64,000 bases of DNA from Picochlorum sp. SENEW3 (lineage: Eukaryota). Location of the stretch: positions 248,001 to 312,000 of the forward strand of contig CP120459.1 in assembly GCA_034226945.1 (NCBI GenBank), read 5' to 3'. Below, one piece after another: positions 56,548 to 64,000 of this stretch (position 1 is its first letter; each line of letters begins with the position of its first letter). The notes beneath the pieces were generated by a model. The model was not told the origin of the DNA and did no database searches. It was given only the letters and a program-made list of their open reading frames with translations. Both the position numbers and the translations under genes were made by a program.

Positions 56548-59500
56548 ATGGTGAAGCGACATCAGCAGCCCATCTCAGCAAGCGTGCTTCCTGCTCACAA
56601 GTATATTTATTCTGTTGGGACGAGTGGTTCAGAGGAGAAACCGTTGTATATTTTGGTGGATGCGTTTTCATACGTGAACAAGTTGCCTGAGAGCTTTTAT
56701 GAGAAGAATAATGTGCTATTCTTTCTGACGCATGCGCATTCGGATCATTATACTGGGTTGAGAGACTCTTGGAGTGCTGGGAAGGTTTACTGTTCCAATG
56801 TGACTGGGGATTTGTTGCGCGTGTTGGTCGACGTACCAGAAGAGTACATTCACCGGTTGCCTATGAATCAAGAAATTGATGTAGCATTTGGGGTGAGAGT
56901 GACGCTGGTGACGGCTAATCATTGTCCAGGTGCAGTTATATTCCTCTTTGATTTGCCCAATGGGAAGAGGGTGGTGCATGTTGGCGACTTTCGATACGAA
57001 CGAAGCGTGTTCAGAGATGGAGCGTGTTCTTATTTAGAAAGGTTTACATGCTGCGATGCGCTTTATTTGGATACGACGTATTGCAATCCGCGACATAAAT
57101 TCCCACCCCAGAAGGAGAGTATTGAGTACATTGCCAGTACTATTAAGGATTTGTTGAGACAAGGGGGGAAATTGCTCTTTCTCATATCTACCTATGTGAT
57201 TGGAAAGGAAAAGGTGTTGGAGGAAATTTATAGGCAGACTGGTCAACGAATATATCTTACGGACAAGAAGATGAGGGTTGCTGAGCATCTTGGGCTGGAT
57301 GACGTGTCCATGTTTACGACGGATCCAGAGGCAACACCGATTCATGTTGTCAAGTGGAATTTTTTGGGTGAGACTTGGCCTTATTTTCGCCCCAATTATG
57401 TTGACCCGGCAAGATATAGTGATGGTGTGTATACACACGTGCATGGCTTTGTTCCCACTGGGTTTGTGTATCAGAAGGCTGAGGACACGATTGCAAGGAC
57501 AATGTCCAAGAATAATGTGACAATTCATCTTGTTCCATACAGTGAGCATTCATCATATGATGAATTGATTGAATTTGTGACGTGGGTACGGCCCAAAAGA
57601 GTGATTCCGACCGTGAATGCATCTGATGAGAAGCAGGTTGCAAAGCAATTGAAGCATTTCTCGTCCTTGGTGGATGTGACTGCAAACAAGGCCTCGTTTA
57701 TTGCGCAGCTTGGCAATGGTAAGGGTATGAACACTATCACTTGTACTATTACGAACGATGAAGATGCATCTAATACCATGACGAAGAAGAACAACAAGGA
57801 AAAGGAGGAGGAGGAGGTTGTGGTGGTGACTGAAGGTGGGGTGTCTGAGATTGTGGATTTGGTGGCTGATGAAGATGATGATACGAGGGAGACAGATCAC
57901 AGCATTCGTCTTTTACGAGAGTTTTGTGGTGATGATATTACTTTGAGGGAAGCAAAAAAGTTACTTCATGAGCACAAGGGAGATGTTTCATTGGCAGCAA
58001 GTTCTTATTTTGAGAATGGACATGCTAGGGATACGAAGAGGCAAAAAACCCATGCGTCTACCCCTGCAAAGGGGAGCGGGAAGAAAAAAGGAGTTTCGCA
58101 AACAAGCATCACAAAATTTCTAAAGAAAACACCAGAAAAGAAGAGAGAGGAGAGCATCTCTGTACCATGTAGTCAACAGGAATCCCCAAAGGCAAGTGTC
58201 CAGGCCAGCATGAGCATAGCGAGCAAAACAGCGGAAATGAACCAGCAACAGCAACCTCCTGCAACAAATATTGACAGAGGAACACGCATTGTGGATGCTC
58301 CCATCGATGCAATCACAAAAAGCTTGGAAAGCTACGATCCAATAGAAGATTCAATATGGCCGACACCTCATGCAACTCCCTATCTACACATTGCACGGAC
58401 ATTTGAAGCCATGGATTCTACAACGAAGCGCCTTAAAATCTCAGATATACTAACGAACGCTTTTCGCTCTATTTTAGCAATTTCACCGAAAGATTTAGTT
58501 TCGGCTTGTTATCTGTTCCTGGGAAGGCTTGCACCAGATTACCACAATATCGAATTGAATATAGGTGGGTCCAGTGTGTCAAATGCCATGACTGAAGCCC
58601 TTGGCATCTCGAAAGGGAAGATTCGCGAGATGCATAAGACCTACGGAGATTTGGGAGATATTGCTAGTGTTTGCAAAAAGTCACAGCAGACTCTTCGGAG
58701 ACCAGAACCCCTGACTGTCCAGCATGTGTATGATACCATGATGCGAATTGCTACAGACTCTGGAACTGGGACAGCTGCGCGCAAGAAAGCATGGATTGTA
58801 CAAATGCTACAGTCCAGCACAGGTCCTGAAACAAAATATTTAGTCAGAACGTTGGTTCGGAATTTACGAGTGGGCGCCAACTGGCGCAGTGTCCTGCCAG
58901 CAGTTGCAAAGTCAATTGTATGCCATAAACTTGAAAAGGTCCCTGATAAGCAGATATTGGATGAAGCAGCAGCAACTTGCAGCTCCATGTTTCACGTGGT
59001 TCCAAACATTGCACACCTCATAGATATCATGCTCAAATATGAGCAAGCTTCATGGTCGTCACAATGTAGATTGACACCATCAATACCCATCAAGCCCATG
59101 CTTGCCAAAATTTCAGAAGGCGTATCTGATGCAGTGGAGCAAATTGGCCAAGACCAACAGGTGCTTGTTGAATTCAAATATGATGGGATGCGGGCTCAAA
59201 TCCATATCAAGAAAGGAGGCTTTGAAGACGATCCTCAAACAAGTGTCAAAATATTTAGTCGCAACTGCGAAGATCGAACACCCTCTTTCATGGATGTGGT
59301 ACCAAACATCATGTCAGCCATGGGACCAGACACGCAGGAGGCAATATTTGATTGCGAGATTGTTGCCGTAGCTCCACAAGAAGATGGATCGTTTGCTATA
59401 CGTGCGTTCCAAGACTTGTCAACTCGGCCAAAAACAGATGTAGAGGAGAGCCGAGCACCTATTGTACAGGTCTGTGTCTATGCATTTGATTGCATTCAAG

Positions 59501-60225
59501 TCCATGGTGAGTCTCTCTTATCCAATCTTCTGTCGGATAGGCGGAAGCATCTTTGCAAAGCATTACCCAACCTTGAGCGCGGAAAGGTGGAACTAGCCCA
59601 CTCGACAACCTTTGAACCAGCCATACTCAACACAGAGTCACTTCAATCCTGCCTCATGGATGCCTTGGACCAGCGCGCAGAAGGTCTCATGCTCAAGGCA
59701 ATGGATTCTCCATACGAACCAAACAAAAGAAGCAATAAATGGATCAAACTGAAGAAAGACTACTGCTCAGATTTGCACGACACTATAGACCTCGTCCCCA
59801 TAGCAGCATGGCATGGCAATGGAAGGAAGAAACAATGGTATTCTCCATTCTTAATGGCAGTGTGGGATGAAACCACGCAACAATTCCAATCACTATGCCG
59901 TGTTATGAGTGGATTTTCAGACGAGTTTTATAAAGAGGCAACAGAGCGGTTATCAAAAAACCTCCTCCCATCAAAACCATACGATGTCATGACGGGAGAA
60001 AAGCCATCAGTCTGGTTTGGTCAACCATACGAAGTCTGGGAGCTGCGAGGAGCTGAGCTCTCCATCTCACCAGTACACTGCGCTGGAATAGGTCAGGTAC
60101 ATGAAGAAAAAGGTCTAGGACTGCGTTTCCCACGATTCATCAGAATCAGAGAGGACAAAAACCCAGAGGATGCCACGCCCTCTGACCTCATAGTGCACAC
60201 ATATCTCAAACAAAATAGACGATAA
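56548..60225 (+). CDS. LIG6: DNA ligase 6 (SNM1-type metallo-beta-lactamase/beta-CASP + UBA-like + ATP-dependent ligase)
   Basis: THAHSDHY, ANHCPGA, VPYSEHSS; KPMLAK, EFKYDGMRAQIH, EGLMLK, WIKLKKDY and LRFPRFIRIR. Confidence 0.93.
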   Translation: MVKRHQQPISASVLPAHKYIYSVGTSGSEEKPLYILVDAFSYVNKLPESFYEKNNVLFFLTHAHSDHYTGLRDSWSAGKVYCSNVTGDLLRVLVDVPEEYIHRLPMNQEIDVAFGVRVTLVTANHCPGAVIFLFDLPNGKRVVHVGDFRYERSVFRDGACSYLERFTCCDALYLDTTYCNPRHKFPPQKESIEYIASTIKDLLRQGGKLLFLISTYVIGKEKVLEEIYRQTGQRIYLTDKKMRVAEHLGLDDVSMFTTDPEATPIHVVKWNFLGETWPYFRPNYVDPARYSDGVYTHVHGFVPTGFVYQKAEDTIARTMSKNNVTIHLVPYSEHSSYDELIEFVTWVRPKRVIPTVNASDEKQVAKQLKHFSSLVDVTANKASFIAQLGNGKGMNTITCTITNDEDASNTMTKKNNKEKEEEEVVVVTEGGVSEIVDLVADEDDDTRETDHSIRLLREFCGDDITLREAKKLLHEHKGDVSLAASSYFENGHARDTKRQKTHASTPAKGSGKKKGVSQTSITKFLKKTPEKKREESISVPCSQQESPKASVQASMSIASKTAEMNQQQQPPATNIDRGTRIVDAPIDAITKSLESYDPIEDSIWPTPHATPYLHIARTFEAMDSTTKRLKISDILTNAFRSILAISPKDLVSACYLFLGRLAPDYHNIELNIGGSSVSNAMTEALGISKGKIREMHKTYGDLGDIASVCKKSQQTLRRPEPLTVQHVYDTMMRIATDSGTGTAARKKAWIVQMLQSSTGPETKYLVRTLVRNLRVGANWRSVLPAVAKSIVCHKLEKVPDKQILDEAAATCSSMFHVVPNIAHLIDIMLKYEQASWSSQCRLTPSIPIKPMLAKISEGVSDAVEQIGQDQQVLVEFKYDGMRAQIHIKKGGFEDDPQTSVKIFSRNCEDRTPSFMDVVPNIMSAMGPDTQEAIFDCEIVAVAPQEDGSFAIRAFQDLSTRPKTDVEESRAPIVQVCVYAFDCIQVHGESLLSNLLSDRRKHLCKALPNLERGKVELAHSTTFEPAILNTESLQSCLMDALDQRAEGLMLKAMDSPYEPNKRSNKWIKLKKDYCSDLHDTIDLVPIAAWHGNGRKKQWYSPFLMAVWDETTQQFQSLCRVMSGFSDEFYKEATERLSKNLLPSKPYDVMTGEKPSVWFGQPYEVWELRGAELSISPVHCAGIGQVHEEKGLGLRFPRFIRIREDKNPEDATPSDLIVHTYLKQNRR

Positions 60226-60269
60226 AGTATACGTATTGCTTTAAAACATGTTACATACGAATACCAATC

Positions 60270-61047
60270 TCAGCGATACATTGCCTCATTCTTTAAATTC
60301 TTGGCCACCTCTGTCTCCCACCGATCCCCATTCGCCAACAACTTTTGCTTGTCATACAGCAACTCCTCATGCGTCTCTGTCGCATATTCAAAATTAGGAG
60401 TCTCCACAATAGCATCAACCGGACACGCTTCCTGACAAAAGCCGCAATAAATGCATTTTGTCATATCAATATCATACCGCGTTGTTCTCCTACTACCATC
60501 CTCTCGCTCCTCCGTCTCAATCGTAATCGCCTGAGCAGGACAGATTGCCTCACACAACTTGCAAGCAATACAGCGCTCTTCACCCGTCGGATACCGCCTC
60601 AGAGCATGCTCCCCACGAAACCTTGGACTAATTGGCCCCTTCTCAAAAGGATAATTAATAGTCACCTTTGGCTCGAAGAACACCTTTAACGTCATTGCCA
60701 AACCACGCATAAGCTCTGTCAAAAACAATGTCTGAGCAGATTCATCCAAAACCCCAGCAAAATCCTTCGGTGGCTGTCTCTGAGACGTCTGAAATTCCTT
60801 TTGGGTCATGACAGGTCCGTCGTCGAGGCGACGACTACTCTCCTCGGCAGATCCACCTACAATATCGCAATATAATTATAACATGTACACACATATTCCA
60901 TAAATAATTCCCAAACGCACCCTGCGAGGTCTTTGGAGCTGGCAAACCGACGCCATATCCTGCCACCCCGGAACTATGAACGCCACACTGGCTCTGGTGA
61001 CAATACAAGGCACGGGATGTACTTTGGATTACTTTACGACGAATCAT
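60270..61047 (-). CDS. NDUFS8: Complex I 23 kDa Fe-S subunit TYKY; intron 60857-60920
   Basis: [30 protein letters not shown] and [12 protein letters not shown]. Confidence 0.97.
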
Positions 61048-61546
61048 TGTGTATTAAAATAGTTGGAATGCGGATCCTACGCAACCAGACAAATCGCTCG
61101 GATGTCTTCTCTGTTGCTTCTACAGACAGCGTCGTGGTATTCCTTGCAGTCCACTAGAAGCACAAGAATTCTGTAAAAATTGGACCTCGAATTCGATTGC
61201 AGTGGTAGTTGAAAGAATGGTTTCATAATGAGCCAGGGTTCTTCTGAGCAAATTGTTATTTAATCTATCTATCTAAGGAATATTGGTATCAGCGGCGTCA
61301 TCCTCTGAGGATAGATAGCAAGAAATATGCCATACATTGTACATGTATGTATTTCTATGCTATTTTGGTGCTATTTCAGGGACTATCATACCTGATTGTG
61401 TTGGAAAAAGAAGGAGACCATGGAGCAGACATGTGAAAGTGTGTTGAATGGAGTTTTCTACAGAGATTGAAGCCGTATATATAGATGATTATATGAGATA
61501 TAGTTGTCCTGAGAGGTAGAGGATAGGGAGTCAAGACGTGTGCAGG

Positions 61547-62962
61547 ATGTATGGTCAGTCGTATTTCTGTGGGCCTACTCAGGTCTACAGGTCTGTGCTG
61601 TATCAACATTGTCTCCAGCATCGTAGGCGGTATGGTCGCACTGCGCGGAGTTGTTTTGTTCGACGCATGTCCATGTTTTCATTACCACCTCAATCGTCAT
61701 CATCAGGATCATCATCATCATCTTCTTCTTCTTCTTCTTCGCATGTATCATCAGAGCTAACATCCCCATCCTGCGAACAAGGTGTCATGATTGATAGGGT
61801 GCTTCATGATGTGGTGATGGCCAGGTATCCGCGGAAGAAGAATTCTCTTCAAAAGGCTCAGGAGCGAGTGGAGAAGGCTCTTCTTCATGGCTCTTGCGAT
61901 GGGTCGTGTCAGGCTGTAGAACAAAAGCTTGATTTTCTGGATTCGATAACACCTGGTCTGGGATGGAAGGTGTTTTTTCGATACACGAAGGAGTTTCTGA
62001 ATGAAGATGCATTTGAATTGTGGTCCATTATGTCTGCTATTCTGTGTATGACTGGCTTTGAGGATGATTCGATGGGTGTCTTGTTTAAACGGCATGCATG
62101 TTTGTTTGCGAATGCGGTGAGGGATCCAGATAATTTGAAGCATTTGTTTGAATGGTTGCAACAGAATGGATTGCGTGATGATGATGTGATTCGAGTGATC
62201 AATCGATTTCCTCTGATTTTACAGACACCAGTGCATGATGTGCTGGAGCCACGGGTAGAGTACTTGTGTGATGCGCTTGCCTTGGATCGAGAGGTGGTTG
62301 TCAAGTCAGGGATTTTGAGGCACCCAGAATTGCTGAGTGTGGAGTCATCCTGGATTCAAGAGAGAATCGATTCATATACACTGTTGGGATTACAGTTGAG
62401 TGATGTGCAGAAATTATTCACGGCACAGCCCTCGGCGTTTGCTGTTGACATTGACAGGTACTTGATCCCCATGACTCGTGTCCTAAAGGAGGAATTGCAA
62501 GTACCAGATGATTTATTCGTTTCGATTTTGGTCAAATCTGGTATTCTGTCGCGCTCTGTAGCAACGATACAATCTCGTATACATCGATGGTCGGAATTAG
62601 GGTTGGACAGAATTGATGTGAAGATTGCGTTGAAGAGATTTCCTAGGTTTTTATTGTATCCCATTCATGAGGACAAGTATACAATGAAGCTCGACTTTTT
62701 ACGCATAGAAATGGGTTTGTCCATCAAGCATGCCATTCCCATGTTTCCACAATACCTGAGCTATAGTTTGGAAAATAGAATCGCACCCAGGGTGTTGGCA
62801 GCCAAGGCAATCACTGGAAAGGTGCCTCGGTTGAGCACACTGGCGATGAGCGAGAAGGCCTATTTGAAGGCAAATAAATTACATAATGCTACCTATATGG
62901 CAGTGTTAGACACGCTTCCAGCGAGTAAACGAGGGAAACGGTGGATGGACGTGTCAGAATGA
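61547..62962 (+). CDS. mTERF family organellar protein
   Basis: Repeats VINRFPLIL, LRHPELL, KRFPRFL and FPQYLSYSLENRIAPR; Ser-rich transit region. Confidence 0.88.
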   Translation: MYGQSYFCGPTQVYRSVLYQHCLQHRRRYGRTARSCFVRRMSMFSLPPQSSSSGSSSSSSSSSSSHVSSELTSPSCEQGVMIDRVLHDVVMARYPRKKNSLQKAQERVEKALLHGSCDGSCQAVEQKLDFLDSITPGLGWKVFFRYTKEFLNEDAFELWSIMSAILCMTGFEDDSMGVLFKRHACLFANAVRDPDNLKHLFEWLQQNGLRDDDVIRVINRFPLILQTPVHDVLEPRVEYLCDALALDREVVVKSGILRHPELLSVESSWIQERIDSYTLLGLQLSDVQKLFTAQPSAFAVDIDRYLIPMTRVLKEELQVPDDLFVSILVKSGILSRSVATIQSRIHRWSELGLDRIDVKIALKRFPRFLLYPIHEDKYTMKLDFLRIEMGLSIKHAIPMFPQYLSYSLENRIAPRVLAAKAITGKVPRLSTLAMSEKAYLKANKLHNATYMAVLDTLPASKRGKRWMDVSE

Positions 62963-62975
62963 ATGTCAGAATGTA

Positions 62976-64000
62976 TCATGCTTTTTTTTTCATTTTCGCA
63001 CTGTTTCTTCGTTTTAACACCTGTGCTAGTGTGGGCTGCTTGGAAACCTTTTTTTGTGGTTTCAAGGCACTCTCTCGTAGCGCATTGCTTACTTTAAGTC
63101 GCCTGATCGTGCTTGGTGATGGTTCCAAGCGAGCCATGGCACTCACTGTTGGCTGAGGCGTACTCATCGAATCTGGCGTCTCATGTCGACGACCCTCTCT
63201 TCTCGCCTGAATGATTTTATACGGATCGTATTCTTGGAACTCTTCTTCTTGTTGTTGAACATTCACACTCCACATTTTCACAACGTGATCATCTCCTGCA
63301 GAGGCAGCCTGGAAAATATTATCAGGGTTCCAGGCCACCGCTGTCACTTCCTTTTCGTGACCTTCCAAGACGATCGGCTCTGTACCATTCTTGTCATCTA
63401 GACTCCAAATATACACGTTGTTATCCGATGAGCCACTCATGAAATGTGTTCCATCTGGGCTGAAGTCAGATTTGACATAAAATGATTCAACAGAGTGCCC
63501 TCCAAACCACTGTATTGGCCCTGCTTGCGGTCTATTCACATCAAAAAGCAGATGATGCCCACCTGTATACGATACTAAAAGCCTAGTGCCATCAGGATGC
63601 AGTGCCAGTGACGTCACACCCCGTAGAGTGCTCCCACCAAGGGGTGGTTGTGACATGGTTGCCACACGGCATATGGATCGTGTCCTATTTGCCCGCGACA
63701 ATGCCTCCATCATACTATTAGTTCTATCCATGAGAGGGTGGTGCTCTACCACAGGACTCGCATCGTACCGCACATCCCACAATTTCACAGACCCATCTTG
63801 CCCTCCTGATGCTAGTACAGAGCTGTGCATGCCACGCAGAAAGCACAAGGACGTTACTGATGAATGTGGACTATCACACGAGTGCGCTTCTTCTAATTTT
63901 AACACAGGCTTGTTCTCCTCCGCCCCGTATTGTACTATGGGCTCGGCCTTTCCAGATGTGCTAAAACCTCTCAGTCTTGCATCGTAGAGAAACACATGCC
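62976..64000 (-). CDS. DTL: WD40 protein DTL/Cdt2 (5' end outside window)
   Basis: SFYVKSDFSPDG...SGSSDNNVYIW, LEGHEKEVTAV and VKLWDVR. Confidence 0.82.
   Translation of the reverse strand, partial: HVFLYDARLRGFSTSGKAEPIVQYGAEENKPVLKLEEAHSCDSPHSSVTSLCFLRGMHSSVLASGGQDGSVKLWDVRYDASPVVEHHPLMDRTNSMMEALSRANRTRSICRVATMSQPPLGGSTLRGVTSLALHPDGTRLLVSYTGGHHLLFDVNRPQAGPIQWFGGHSVESFYVKSDFSPDGTHFMSGSSDNNVYIWSLDDKNGTEPIVLEGHEKEVTAVAWNPDNIFQAASAGDDHVVKMWSVNVQQQEEEFQEYDPYKIIQARREGRRHETPDSMSTPQPTVSAMARLEPSPSTIRRLKVSNALRESALKPQKKVSKQPTLAQVLKRRNSAKMKKKA

Noticed and set aside
61695..61740. (TCA)n(TCT)n microsatellite
   Set aside because: Ordinary poly-Ser tract in the mTERF transit region.

Overview
Gene-dense eukaryotic nuclear DNA with about 35 protein-coding genes, short GT-AG introns (mostly about 65-190 nt, donors like GTACGT/GTATGT), very short intergenic spacers, many plastid/mitochondrial transit peptides, and TGTAA poly(A) signals just after many stop codons. 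This fits a compact chlorophyte green-algal genome (Picochlorum-like is my inference). Most genes are housekeeping or organellar: GlnRS, TECR, P5A ATPase, RPS17, NRDE2, MRL1, TrmO, FLAP1/DUF1517, CAS, bestrophin, CBP3, SEX4, S49 peptidase, GLDP, FKBP42, MnmM, LIG6, TYKY, mTERF and Cdt2. No tRNA, rRNA, CRISPR array or intact mobile element was recognised. Three items stand out. (1) A dispersed set of secreted or surface glycan-directed proteins: an AA15-type LPMO with four CBM14 modules, a 3xLysM single-pass receptor-like protein with a YxxPhi tail, a head-to-head expansin-like DPBB pair (one lacking the key Asp), a secreted CotH kinase, and Pro-rich GPI-type proteins. (2) An organelle-targeted, cyanobacterial-type TIGR03960+TIGR03936 B12 radical SAM fusion of unknown function. 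(3) An intron-containing gene joining homing-endonuclease NUMOD3 repeats to a RecQ4/Sld2-N-like helical domain, with no nuclease. All family calls come from motif recognition by eye, not database searches, and exon boundaries are hand-predicted.
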